DNA from: Balanoglossus misakiensis
Taxonomy: Eukaryota; Animalia; Hemichordata
DNA length: 64,000 nt
Direction of reading: 5' to 3'
Assembly (NCBI GenBank): GCA_040954595.2
Contig: CM082584.2
Coordinates: 13,323,337 to 13,387,336, forward strand
The position numbers and the translations under genes are program-made. Position 1 is the stretch's first letter; the number at the start of each line of letters is the position of its first letter. Positions 40,601 to 55,600 of the stretch are shown here, in pieces. Below the pieces are notes generated by a model, which saw only the letters and a list, made by a program, of their open reading frames with translations, was not told the origin of the DNA and searched no databases.

Positions 40601-43600
40601 AGTGTGTCTGTTTATCTGTCTGTTGAATTCATGCAGTCATATCTTTAACACACTTGTAACACTGATGACAATGTTGCATATTTCCTTCCTCCCATTCAAA
40701 TGCTGCAGACTCAGTGGACATAGATGATATATGGGCAATGGATGATGAATCTGGTACTGAGAGTTTATCAATAGTCTCAATAGGGTATGGTATAGGTGAT
40801 GCTGTCACCTGGCAACAAAAAAACTTAATTCCTGCGAATATTTACTCCAATCGGTTTTTGGTAATGATTACCTCTTCTGCACAAAATGTTTTTTAATGTA
40901 CATGTATTATAAATAAACCGAGGTCAGTGATGGTGATGTCATTAAAACACATCTGTGGCAAATTAAAAACGTCACTGTACGTGTTGTATGATTCTGGTGA
41001 TGACGTATTGGCTAAAAAGTATTATTTCATTGTTTTACCATTTTGGATATTATTGCCATCTATTTCTGGTGTGATTTGTTGTCAGATAGACAGCTGGAAT
41101 ATTGTTAATGTTTGTTGCGTACAGAGAGGTTTTAATTCAAGATTAATGTTCAAACCAATTACCCCTTTCCAAGTTAATGACCTGTTTGAATGCGTTCAGA
41201 TGTATTATGTAGGCTTCGTTTCAAAACTGCACATACAAGTATCTATTTAGCTGAGGAAGCCGTAATGAGTTCATCCTGTTGCCGTGGGTGACAGCATCAA
41301 AACTGTTGCATGCAAATATAAGGCCTTGAATGGGTAGTTGTAGTCGTATCCTCGTAGAATACAATTTCAATTTTAATGCCACCAGGAGAGGACATTCAAC
41401 CTTGGTTTTCATGGCAGTGTATTGTCCCCAATGCTATGGAAACACGCAATATCACTCTTTGAATATCTAACTCCACACAACCCTTGTGTCACCATTGCCA
41501 TGACAACCAGCCAACAAACAAGTCTGACTGCTGTGACATCAGAACTCCAGCATCATTTCCTCGTTTTCTTTCCCTCGCTCCCCTGGATTTTCCGGTTGCT
41601 TCCATTTCCATCATGTAGAGAAAAGCTGACGCAGTCATTCTGTCTGTACTAGACAATTACCCCAATTTGACCGTTCTGTCATCTGCGGATTATCGTTTCA
41701 GTGTGATATCTGAGCCAATCAGAGGCTTGCATTCTGGCGTTCATCAGAGGTCATTTCCATTAATTATCCCTACCTGACCTCCACTATTTTCTCCCCGATG
41801 TAATACCACTGAAAGAACATATTCACAGATGTTGTCACTCTTGTTCCCTGTTTTCTCCAGAGGAAAGGAAGAAAGGAATTATAATTCCATTGAGCAGTCT
41901 GAATCCCGACGTTCCAGAGGCTCCCTTTGATAACGCCCTTTCCAATCACCGGCAGTTGACTGGGAAAGACCTGTTCAGTGGCCCAGCCGGCATTTCCACA
42001 GCTTTCCCAGAAAACATCTTTGAGGATAACTTTGTGGATCCCGTGGAAAGCATTCCAGCAGACAGTTTCTGTGTTCAGCTTGACACTGAGTTCAAAACAG
42101 TCTCGGGTAGGTTGATAAGAAAAAATCAACAAACGACAACAACGCACAATTTTCAGACTAGAAAGTAAAAATAGAAAAAGATTAGTTTGAACAATCGGAA
42201 TCAAAATGTTTGTATCTGTGGCCAATTTCAGAGCTGTCAAAGGTAAGTTCTTATTTTTCCCTCATAGTTTAAGCAATATTTGATATACTTGTACATTATA
42301 TGTAAAAGTGTGATTTTCGCTATCCTATCTTCAGGCAATTGTGCTCTTTGAATTATTCAAATTACGTTTTCCCTCGTTCAGATGACAGTTCATGTTTTGA
42401 CAAGATAGCCGCCAGTCGTGAATGATTGATGATGCAGTGTTTGAGGATGAATAAGGTCAAGGTCACATGACTAAATACAGAATATTGTTGGATGATCAAG
42501 AGTTGGTATAATAATTCAACAGAGCTAGAAAATTTGATATAAAAACGAGATGGGGAATTCAGGAATAACAGCATGATAATTTTCATGACTCAATCATTTC
42601 AATAGGAACACTGTAGTTATGGCAATATTCAAAATTATTATTTGAATTGTATCATTATGCATTTGAATGATAATATAATGATGGTATCATCCTGTCATCA
42701 TTTGGCATTGATGAAGATAGAAATATCCATAGAGGTCACCTTTGCATTGTACATGACCTTGGAACAATTAATTCTAGCAGATTGTGGTTTCACAATATTT
42801 TGGGAATTTTAGAAAATCTGGCAAATTTAATGTTTGCATTGGATTCGTGGCTCTCCTGTGAAGATATATAAATAAGTAGATAAGACCTTTCTGCACTGAT
42901 GTAGCATTTGTAGAACGTGAATGATTGCAGCTTATGAAACAGCAATCCGATTGAGAATACTGATAATTAGCTTCATCTGCATTGGCAGCTCCAGGGTTCA
43001 AACACACTTCTGTGGTGATCAGCCCAAACTCTGCTCGTTTCACTTCATACATGTTTCTCATTATTCCCAGTTGCACAGTTTATTGAACTCCTCCTTAGAT
43101 TTACTTTCATTAGTCTGATCGTTTTCGGTCGAAAGTAGCTCCTAAATAAACTAATTCAATTACTTGCGCTGGCGAGAGTAGACAATGTTGACATTTTTCC
43201 CCCGATTCGCAGACAGGAAATTACCTGAGAGCAGGCAAAGTAATTGAATTGGGATCTGTGAAACTCTTCTGGATGGATTATGGCAGTTTGGTAGTTTCAA
43301 TCAGAAATTGTTTTGTATAATCAGTATACATGTACTTAATTTTGTAAAATAAACTAGATTTATGTATAGATTTATTCACATGAACAGCCACTGATGAACT
43401 CAACTGATACGTGCAAATTATTGACATCAAATCACTCATTATGTTACAATCATTCAATTACTCATTACCTTAAACCAGATTACATTAATATGCATATATC
43501 AGTTTGGTTTATCTCATTTTAGTTATAGTGATCAGTAATTTGATAAATGTATTTCAAAGGCAGGAGCATATTAAATTTACAGTGGGACTAAACTTTCTTC

Positions 43601-46600
43601 ACAGTGACTGCAGAGGAAGACAACTTGTGGTCATCAACACCCGATTGGTCCAATCAGAATGATTTATTTGAAAGTGCACCTGGAACAACATGTAGTTCAG
43701 AGTCAACCTATCACCAAGAAGTACCCAACGTAATTGTACAACATGATGACTCAACTATTGAAGATGAGTTAAACCAAAATCCACCTGGTATTTCTGATCA
43801 ATCAACAAATCAGAAAACTGAATATAGTCCAGTTGAAAAAGATGAAGTAAACAATAAAAATGAAACCACCTGGGAAGATAAAAGTGTGGTGCTCGTTGAG
43901 GTAAGTAATGCCACAGGCGCTTAAGACGATCGCTTCGCGATGGGGGGCTGCAGTTCGCGATAGGGTGGGGGTGGGGGGCTTCAGTAATATAAATTTTATA
44001 TTATAGGGGTACTGAAGCCCCCCCACTCCCACCCTATCGCGAACTGCAGCCCCCCATCGTGAAGCGATCGTCTTAAGCGCCTGTGAGTAATGCATGGTCA
44101 TTGTTTAATATGAACGTTACGATTGTGTATGTACACACAAGTTACTGCTGTCTAGCAGATTCATTGGATAGAGCAAGGATCCTTAGCAACTTTTACAGTT
44201 GAACTTTAATGTTATTGTATCCAGTAGAGGTTGTTGTATTTGTTGCAAGGCTGAGGTGGTTGTATTTTGTGAGACCCTGCCTGGGAGGATAATTCTGGCA
44301 TACTTGCGAGGTCATAAGTTGTGAATTATTGTTGCTCTATATACTAGTGCATGGTGGTATGTTCTCCATTCAACAAATATCGATATCAGGCGAAAAATTT
44401 GCTGGTAATCAGAGTCCATAAATAACTTTTTAAACAAAGAATGTAGTAAACACAATGGTTCCTCAACTTTTACACATAAATAATGGGCAAGTCACAACAG
44501 GAGTATTTTTGTCGAAATGAAATATGAAAAATTGACCTGAAGGCTGACTATTGGACTCCTCCTGTGTTGTGTTGAGTTCAGTTTTGTTTTGCTTGTCAAG
44601 GCAGTATTGTAATGGAAATGAGTTTCATTCTTGGACTGATATTGTTCATAAGCCTTGATACGTAACGTGTCACCATTGTGCCTGTGGCTAATCTGAGTTG
44701 TTAAAAAGGAAACTTGTGTATATGTAAGGACAATGTAGGTAGCTTCTCTGTCAGACCTTGATGTCGACTGAACCTGTGCGACGTCGCAACAAGTAGCGCT
44801 TGTCATCGGGGCTGGAAGGAAATTTGGTTTGGAAGAATTGCATCTTGCTGTGGGTGTCACTGCCGATTGGTCGTACGGTACTTTTACGTAAACACTCTTC
44901 CCTAAGGCACTGAAATTAAAGTACGTGCGGCATCGTTTATAGTCTGTTACACCAAGTTCAACACCACTTGCTTTGTGAAGATGGGTTGTCTCTGTAGTTT
45001 ACTAACAGCTCATGGCATCGTCCGGAGGAAGTCTGTGCATATTGCCAGAGTAAAACAGGCTACAGAGTTGAAGGTAATGATGGATTTCTGTCGTTTTTGC
45101 AAGAAATAATGATCGGATGATTTGTAAATTTTGTCGCTGGTTAAACATTTGGCACTACCACCAGCATTGTGATGTTTGTTCTTGTATACCTGATCAACAC
45201 TTATAAAACATTTTACAGTCAACCACCCACTTTTCACCAATTAATCAAAAGAATAATGCTGGTAAGTTTTCATTCTAAAGACGATCACCAATTTTTACAC
45301 ATACCAGTACAACACACATTGAAAAACAGCATGCATACACGTGCTGTACAAAGAAAAGAAGACACTTGCTGTTTTTAGTTCACAGTTGAGTGCCCAATCA
45401 GTGACCTCCTTACATGCAGGTTTTTTATGTGACAGCTATCTAAAGCGTTACCTTTATATCAAATGTACCATCAAGGTATCTCATTTGCGAATCAGATAGT
45501 GTATGATTTGTTCATACTTGTGATGCTGTGTATCACTTTTATCTGTAGAATATAACATTTCTTTGAGGTATACATGATGTCCGATGAATTTGTTTTTCAA
45601 GTGACTTATCCTGCATCAACTAATACAGGGTAACTGAAACATGCTTTTAATTCACAGAGAAAATGCTGTTCAAGTAAAGATTAAGCTTTGAAAACAGAGC
45701 AGTGAGATTTCTGTCGCAGCACTTTAACTCATTGTCAGAAAAAGGCTCTAATTGGTCGCAAGAAGACCTTGTAGCTTCGCATAATAAGTTTTACTTCATG
45801 AAGTCATTCACCTCTGCTGTGATCTGGTTCACTAGGTTATATTTTGTTTGGCTTTAATTGTCACCCAACAGAGTCAGTCTTCTTTTCTATACATTCCTTC
45901 ACTTAGAAAAGTTCCTGCTTACTGAACCATTACAGCACCTTTTATAGCTAAAATTTGTGTATTAATAGATTATTTACATATGTAAATATTCATTACCTTA
46001 TTTACATGAACTGCGGTCTGTGGGAATGATTTATTTTGTACTTCACATTCAGGGGAATTGGTCTGTTTTGTATACACACATTAAATGTATGTCTACTTGG
46101 GGCAGAATATTGACTTTGTCTTCTGTGAGTAAATTAGCATGACCAGAGGGTGATTGAAACAGCAGTCAACTTATTAACATAAACTTTAGACAACATTGTT
46201 TGGTGATTTTTAACATGTACTCGTTTTAACAGGGTTTATCCATATACACCAAAGTGTCGTTGGTTAGGTCATAGGTCATACCTGTACTCCAGGCTTCAGT
46301 AAGAGGATTATTCTGTTAATCAGTAAAAACAAATATATAATGGCGATATCAATTACATTGCATTCAGTCAAGATTATCCTTGAGTAACAAGTCTCAATAA
46401 TGCTTGATTACATTATCCTCTGGTCAACATGATTACCCAATAGCTGTGTTTGTGAGTTGTAATCATCATTGATTGCAATTTTAAACTTCAGAATATCAAC
46501 CGTAATCATCTCTTTTACACATTAAACTTTCTTTAATACTATGAATCTCTTAGTATATAAGGAGTTTTTTCAATGTGTCTTGAAGATGTCGAGAGCGGCA

Positions 46601-49600
46601 TTTTAAGTAGAGGAGGGAACACTGTGATAAAATGTCATGTAATTATGCTGCTGTTCTGTCGTGCACGCTCAAAACTCTACGTGATTGAAAAAATATTCGT
46701 CAATTGTAGGAAAGAGGAACTAAAATTCTTTTGTGTTGAAGATTAAAAGACAACTGGTTGCTAGGAAAGATGTGATTTATTGTATCACAGGTGAATTAAG
46801 TTGGAACAAGCTATATCATGTAGCTGCAAAATAATTATCAAAACTGCAATTTTTGTGCTTAAAGTTGAACAAAAGCTACTGGTTAATGAGCCTTGTAATT
46901 AAGAGTCTCTTGCATATCATAACACTGGTATAAAGGTATCACTCACTAAAGATTTTCAGCAGGTATTCTTTGGGTGACTTTATACAGGATGTATTGTAAG
47001 ATTATGAATTGCCTGTGAGGTGCAGTGTGGTTGACCTGAATTTAGCTAATTAAGTTTAACACAGGGTGGGGCAGCAGAATTTGGAAACCTCAATTATGAC
47101 GGATGAATCATGGTGAAAATTGTTTAAGTTAAGTATGTAAAGCTATATTACATATATTGGATGCAAAGTTAGTATTGTATAATGCTCATGATTTGATTCT
47201 GTGTCTGTTTTCAAAGTTTGTGGTTTTTGCGTTCAAAGGTAAAAATAGATGTGGAGGGTGTGTCCTCGTAGCAGCTTAGTGGTAGTGGGAATGTTCCGGG
47301 AGACGTCATGACCTCATTGTGACCTCATCAACTCTGCGGACAATTGTTGGAGGTTCCGTTTTTGTTGGGTTGGTTGAAAATTGTTTGTTTCCTTTTGTTG
47401 GCGACTGAAAAGACTTCTGCATGACGGCTGCTTTGTTAACACCATAGAACGAGCAGATTCCATAAAGTGAAAAGTGGGGGATGTTTACAAGTCGGTTGAA
47501 GGTGCTTCTAAATTGGGGAATTGCAATTCCTGTTGAGGTGAGTGAAAGAGAGAAAAATAATGTAGAAACTTTGCTTTAGTTTACAGTCTTTTTAGCATGT
47601 TGGTGTATCAACTGATAATTATTCTATAATTGGAGTATAGCATTACTGGATGAGGGGGGAAGTGATACCTTGGACATGGCCACCCCCACCTGATAAAATG
47701 GTAAAGTTCTGTTGTGGAAGTTATATTATAATGTCCATTTTAAGACTTGAACCATTTCAATAGAGAGTTGAGGAATGAGAAATGGTTTCGTCAACCCTTC
47801 CCATGCTGTGCAACTGCTGGTAATCTAATTCGACAATCGTGTCTAAGAAAATAAGTGAGAAATTTTGTACATTTCTGGTCTTGCTTTATTCCGTCAGGTG
47901 AGTTTATACTCTCTCTTACTTCTGAGGAATGTTGATGTTTCGTTCGCTTGGTCTTTCATTACAGAAACTTGATCCGGTGGAGCTTTGTGAGTTGTTTTGC
48001 ATTAAAGCCCAGCAGCGCTTCACGCTAATAAACACGCTTAATGCCGAGCCTCGCTTTATCCTCCCTGTCCCGTTAACATCCCAAACTTCGACATCCGTGA
48101 CTCTGAATGAACGCCTGAGTTAATGTTTCACCCGAGTCTTGATCTCCATACTTTGCTTGGCGTGTGTAAACCTCATTCAACCCTCCCCTCGGATGACCTG
48201 ATTGGGTCTGGTGGTCACCTGTGTCCGAACTGACCTGTGATTGTGACATTCTGGCCAGACTCTCTCTCACGGTGCTATCTGCCCAACGATCGATGCATAT
48301 CTGACCACACTCGGTAATTACCTGTTGATGTCCATACTTGCACACAAATTGATCTGCAACCACAGTTGCAGGCAAACGCGAAGAAGCAAACATTGTTGGG
48401 AGAGAGACTGACTCAGAGAATTTGGTCAGTCAGAGATACACTTCTATCGAAGAATCCAGAGACCGGTAGAGAAGGGAGTTTGAGCTTTGCTGGAGATCGA
48501 CTCAAAACATCAGTACTCTACTACATCAAAGTTGCGATCATTCAAACTTCGAAACTCAAAGTGAAACTTAGAGATGGAATCCAGTGATGCAGTTAGTGTA
48601 AGGTCTAGTTCTCGATATTGGCCAAAGGGTGTCTTCTCTTGTCCACACTGCCATGGGGTATGTATGAGTATTCTTGCTGTTTGCTCTGGCTAATTATAAC
48701 CGTCGAAGAGTTGATTGTTTCTAATCATGTTAGATTACAAGCTTACCGTGTATTTAATGAAAACTTTAATGTCTTTAACCGTTATGTTGCTGAAGTTGCT
48801 GAATCAAGCCAAAATCCAAACATGTGCAAGCATGCATGCAAAATAAATCATAAAAAAATTGCTGTGTGTAATAGTTAAATTAGCTCATGATATATTTGTT
48901 TGTTATCTTCATCTGCCATTTCACAGCAGAATGTGTGGTTTGTTCAAACAGTCTGATGTTAAAATTGTTTGTTGTTTGCGTGCATATTTTCTTTCCACAG
49001 GTATGTGTTGTATTTTTTACATTCGAAGGGTGCCCGTCCACTCTGTGTGGATATGTCAACAAGGGCACCTTTGTATTGAGTTGTGTTGAACTATGAAATT
49101 TGCGTAGTGGACATTATATACACATGCACACACATATAAACATGTGTACCTGTGTCTACTACATGTATATCTGGCATACTAAACTAGGACACACACCATT
49201 TCATCCTCACCATTTTGGGGGTTAAATTTGTCGTGTGTGATACGCAGTCCACCTGTATGCAAACGTAAATGTATTTCACAAGTGCTGGAAGTCCCAAGTT
49301 CAAGTTGTCTCAGCAGACACAGCAATAATCATGTCACTCAATGCATGTGTTGATAAATTCAACTCAAACAAGGTACTACACATAGCGGACTCACCATGGT
49401 AGTGCACCTGTTGTTGTTTTTTACTACTGGTACATGTATCATTCAACCACTACGTCTAACCAATGAGTGCCTGATGGTTTATTTTCTGACAAGAAATGTT
49501 GTCATGTTCATAGTTTGCTTTACATTTCCATGTTTAAACTCAAACATGTCACCAGGAGAATTGTTAATCACTGCACACATGCCACGGTCTAAATAAAACT

Positions 49601-52600
49601 AGAGTGAACAGTGGGCCATTTACCACACAGATTGAGATGTGAAATTTCGTTGTAAGATGCAACAAGGGGGAACACCCTGCTGTACCCAGTTGAAACCAAG
49701 CATGTCTTGTTGGCCAGATTCTTGCCAACGCATGTCAACTCCCTGTTCTGAGGTCATGCAACACAATCAATGCGCACCTCACCTATGAAACTCCCAAACT
49801 TTTTCTCACACCTTTAGCATGGATGCTAATGTCACCTTTCAACCCTTTCACCACCTTGGTATGGTATGGTCTAAATGTATTTTTTCTAATGGTAAAGTTA
49901 GACCTCTACAAAGGGGAAGGGTTGAAAGGGTTAAACTGAGGTGATTCATCTTATTGGCTTTTTTTTTTGCTGAATGGAGCAATTTTTTCTGTGCCAAATG
50001 AGGTTCAACTTTGTCAGCTGGTTAATTTCACCATTACTTTCTGCAAGTATGGATTCATAACTAGATTTCTACCGCTGTAGAAAGAATGTAAATCTTTTAA
50101 GATCAACAGGTATTTTGGTTGAAACTTTTAATCCATTACTTGTTTGTAAAATATTGAGACTGCAGGTAAAGAAGGGCGTTATCCTAGCTATGAATGGGGT
50201 GTGAATGTCCTTGTAGGATTTTTGTAATCCTGCATGCTTTTCTTCTGGTAAATCTCATCCAGGAGTAATCATCCTTGAAGAATGTGTGGGTTTCTTTTAT
50301 TCACACTTTTCCGGAAGAAGATTATACGTCAAAGGAAATGAAACAGTGAAAGTGTTGTGTGAATAGGGTTTGGCCGATCTCTGAGCTTGCTGATTGTTAT
50401 TTGAGTGTGTCTCACTGACTTTTGACCTCAAAGAGAAACCATTGACGTCTTCCAAAAGTGTCAGTTGAGGATAGCCCATTGAATTCAAGTTTATGGCCAA
50501 TAAGTCAGAAGGAAATATATGATCACTTCCGATTTTGTAACTTGAGGATGTCTGCAGGTGAATACAGAGTTGAATGTTCCCTCTACAGTCTATGGAGTGT
50601 ATAACTTTTACATTCCACCTGAAGTGCATTTCAAACGAACCATAAAATTGCACACTTTATGTTAAATGAACATGCTTGATTCTTTCTTGAAAAAAGTACA
50701 AGAAGGATTGGTAAATATAGAAATGAGTTCTCCTTTGAAAGTCATTATTGTCTGAAAACTTGGCTGTGTTTGTTCTTTGGTAAGCCTTTTCTAAGGTTGT
50801 CTTACCAAAAAAACACACCCTCAAACGATCAAGCTAATTGGTCCTTAAACTGTGTACTCCAATGCCAGCCTTATATGGATTTGTAAAAAAATCCAGATCA
50901 CTTTGAAGTTGATATATTGATGGAAATTAACAGGCTGTTTCATCAATATGTCTTGTGACTTTAATCTGTCTCGACATTTACTACCCTGCACCATGGCGAC
51001 TGAAAAATGTTTGGCGTGTACGCATTGCGATCAAATGATATTGCCACAGTGCAAAGTTCTTCTGCACATTGGTCACAACTGTCGGCAGGTTGGAGCTTCC
51101 TCCATGATGAGCAGTACCGTGAGTCAAAAAATGTCACCATTTGTGGGGTTTTTTCAATCTGTGTGTTGTGGTTGACACGTGTAGTATGTGGTGAGGTGTG
51201 TTGGTTTGATGTTAATATGGCTGTCTGAACTGTAGCCATCTCAGGTCCTGATTCCGATCTGAAATGTGTCACCTGTATATTTGTGTGGGACTGCGCAGGA
51301 CAGTAATGTTAGCCGGGTAAACTCTACCTTGGCTAAATGCCATCAAACGATGACCAGGAGGACCCATTCCATCTTGACTGATTTAGGGTTTTTAAATAGA
51401 CATACAAGAAGTTTATTTGGAAACTATTGGCCCAAGTTGTGTTTTTGAGTGTTGCCGTTTTGGTGTGCAAATTGGCCAGCAATCAAGTTTAGCTGTAGGT
51501 GTGTAGTTTTGACTGCCTGACCCCGTAGACTGTGTGGGTGGGATCCGGTTCAGGAATACAATAGCGATCTAGGTCACAGGGTCTCGACCAGATGAAACAT
51601 TATCTGTGGAAAACATCTCTTCTCCATCCTCTTGTAAATAATACATCGACAAAGCAAAAAAGTACGGCATAAACTAAAATTCAGCTGTATTCATCTAAAC
51701 TCTGGAAACCAACATTCTCATGTATACCGGTACACAACCATGCAATGAACTGTTGGTATTTAGTTTGTACAGTTGTTGCTAGACATACGGTACTGCATAC
51801 AGGAATCTAGCTGCCGGTTTACACAATGTTCTCAGTACATTTGAGTTGACAAAACAGAAATTTGAAACTGCAAGTTTGTACAGGTCCTCAGCGACTTGCG
51901 TCATTGCAATGTTGTTGGGATCTTTTTTGGCTCAAAACAATTGTGTGATGATTTGCTGGAAGTTGTTGGCTTTTAGTGTGTCTGATAATTTTGTTTCCAT
52001 TTTTGAATATTGTGTTGAGAATAAGATCCGTTGAAGAAATTTGATGAATGCCTGAAAAATATGTGATATGTCAGTGCCAAATTTTTGACAGGCGAGTCAG
52101 AACTTTTATTGTATAGTGACTAGCTTATTGCATATTGAATTATGAATTAAGAAGTTTATTGTACTTTAAAATGTGAGTTTAGTCAGCAAACAATTTAGTG
52201 GCAACAGGTGTATGCTGATTTGATATGAGTGTTGGAAATTCTTCTTGTTTGTTTGTAAATGTCTTCACTACAACAAATTGTGGCACCCATTCTAAGTTCT
52301 TTGTAACCTGTAATTTGATTGGTGTAGCGCCATGTTCTCCATCGAAAGAATTCAAGCCCTTTGAACTTCGGACAACTCCCCCAAATATTATCTGTTGACA
52401 ACTTAATTGGGCCAATCATTTGTGATGTTCTCCACAGATTGCTGATGATCGATAATCTCTCCTGGTGAGTGTACATCTCAGATCTACTATAATGCACACA
52501 ACAACCTGTTGATTTCAAAGCACATTATCATTTGTACAGAGCTCTGTTGGATAGGAAAGATAGCATAACACACACTTTTTCTAGTTCAGTACAAATTATC

Positions 52601-55600
52601 TCCAGACAGTGCACTGTGTAAATATTTACCATCAATTTGGTACTTGAAAATACTGTCGATTTGGACCAATGTGTCAAGTTTTATAGCTTTGATATAAGTT
52701 ACGACTCTGCCACATCATCCAATGCAAGAATAAGAGAACGTAGATCTAGACTTTTGATTTTGAAGTGGACGCATACAGTACCGGTAAATGTACAAGAAGT
52801 GTTTTCAATTGATGGCTGCTCTGAATTCAATAGTTGTGTCTCTGAGTTTAACATATGCCAGTATTTGTCAAGCATCTTTCTCTTGTGTGTCAGGGCCACA
52901 GCTAGCTGACCAGTAATTCACCCTCTCCTCAATATTGACCCTAGCAGCTCAGGAATGTGTGACAATTAAGAACAATTGGGCTGAGCTACAGTTGTTAGTC
53001 AGTCACTCATGTCCAATAAGTTAATCAGGACTTAGCAGAATTTAAAGAATTTCGTAATATGTCAGTTTCCTCTTCACCTCTGACATACGTTTGATATCGA
53101 AAGATGAACATTAAAAAGATTTAACCATCTGGAATGTGCAAAAGTACAATTATTGACTTTATACCCAGGGTGGGGTTGTTTTTTAGGTTGACCATTGTTA
53201 CAGTGTGGAGCAGAATACGTTGAGATGAGCAGATTATGAAGATTGATAAACTGTATAAACTTCTCTGCGAATTCTCATCTTATCAAGTTGCCATTGCTGA
53301 CATTGTTTCTCGTATTTGTGTTTAAAAAAAACAGCAAACGTAAAAACTAACATCGTTTCTACTTCTGTGACCTTTTACCTCACATGACCTCTCACCTGGA
53401 ATTAAGCTTAGTACGTTTAACATAAAAAGACACCTAGAATATGACTGTTTTTAATAAGCCAGATTTTAAATGAATTTATCAGTAGAGTGTTTCATCATCT
53501 CAGCTTTCCAGTACAAAAAACAAGCACATGGTTCCCATTGAAAGTATTTCCCCCTAAGGAAAGTGAAAGGTGAATCGAAATAAAAATATATTGATTATGT
53601 TAATACTCCAATTGATTGCAGTTATTCGGGGAACCATGAATGGTTCATAAAATACACTTTCAACTCTATGAATGGCTTACAATACTCTGAGATAAAAGCA
53701 CATTGAAAATTTCCATCAGATTTTTATCAGTTGGGTTACTTTTTGGTGCGTGGAACTCTGTGTTTACACTGCGTTTGAAATCTACCAGTTTTGTATGCAT
53801 GGCAGTGTGTGGGTATTGTTTGTGGGTTTGCAAATCAATACTCCAATTCAGTGTGCTGACCCATAAAGCGTTCAGTGCCATTTAAGGTTTTTTTTTGTGT
53901 CTGTCCATTGTGTTTGTGTGGCTGGAGTCCAAGTTTTGGGGTTGGCCTGGTGAGAGTAAACGCTTCTGTGTGGTGTGCACAGTTAGGAAGTGTCGATCGA
54001 CTGTGTGGCGGAGATATTCACGTTAGTTGAGGTGACATTGTAGGGAGATTATATCAAAGAGTTTGTGGAAGGACTATGAGCAACATGGTGGATGCAACAG
54101 GTGAGATCATAATCAATGGACGGTTTGTTGATCAGCTGTGGTGAACTCTTGATGTGAATGGAAGATTGACTGTAAATGGGTGAAATGTCAACGTGTCTTT
54201 ATTGAAGAGCAAGTGTCCTTAATACAGCAGTGTGCACAGTATGAAACGAAGACACTGAGTGTTAAATGTTACCTGCAAAAATCAGTTTACGTTCATATCT
54301 TAATGTTTGTCAGTGATACTGAGTCATTCCTAGAATGTTTTGTGTAAATTTCTCCAGGTTACTTTGATGTTTCCTTGTTACTTGACTTTGAAAAGAGTTT
54401 TTCCTGTGATTTGGAATTTGTAAGTAGATTCTGTGTAGATATCCATATACCGTATATGCTAATTGGGGTGATTAACATGATCACTTTTATGAGGTGTTTT
54501 GGTGATGTTGTTTTTCATTTAATGCACTTGTTACTAAAAACATTAAGAGACTAGTTCATCCGTGTTTATTTCATTCAATTAACAGGTGGTTGTTGTTAAT
54601 CATAAGATCCTGTTGTGTTTTAACCAATAACCCTTCGAAATTAGTTTTAAAAGTCTCGATACAAAAAGATCATTGCTCGCAAGTCCAGTGTATCATAAAA
54701 TGGCTACCGTCACTTGAGAATTCCAACAACAAAAACTAAAGTAGAACCCGGGGGTTTGTGTTCTGATTTACAAAGAAGTCGACTGTCAACAGGAGACAGT
54801 TATTGAATTATTCCCTAAGGGATCATTTTTGTCACAAAGACTGCGCCATCCGGAATACCAGACAAAATGCCGACTGGTTCCCCGAGGAAAGTACAGGTCA
54901 TTCCGACAGGCACAACTATGCAACACACTGTCCCGTCGGTTCCATTGAAGTGACAAGAATTGAAATTAGGTCAGGGAAAGGTTTCTACTGTTTGTACGGT
55001 CTCCATAAACACATGACAGGAATTAAGTGAGATTTTTCAATGTCAGTAACTACTTCAGCATAAACTCAGTTGTGTATAATTCATAACAACATACATATAC
55101 TGGCGTATTTTACTATAATTAATGGTATATACATCAATGTGCAAGTATCATATTTGCCTGATATATTGTCACAAAATATTAAGCAATGTAATTGTATTAT
55201 CTAATTATAATAAGAAACTAAATGCTTCCAAAGAGATGTTAAAATAGTGACAGTGGTGTCTTAATTGAAATCAGAATAATAGCTTTCCAAGTCAAGCTGT
55301 CTTTACAACAGAGTGGTGAAATTATTTGTGGCCTTTTGTCAAATATTGACTGTTATGTGCAGTGACAGTGTTGCCATGTACGTCCATTTGTATCACTGAA
55401 ACAGTGCAAGAGTACCATAGAAGAGCTGTCAGCTTATTCAAAGAACATCTCCAAGGAAAGGTCTGGTTGCCGTGGCAGCATTGTGTCGGGACTATTGCCC
55501 TGGATGTATATACACAGAATAGAGTGTAAAGTTACACCTACATGTACTCTGTGGTGCCGTATCCGTTCTTTGAAGTCCTTGATTCTCTGAGGTCATGAAA

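Noticed and set aside
43802-44101. 99-aa minus-strand ORF
   Set aside because: Runs through the palindromic MITE and antisense to a real exon; no coding features.
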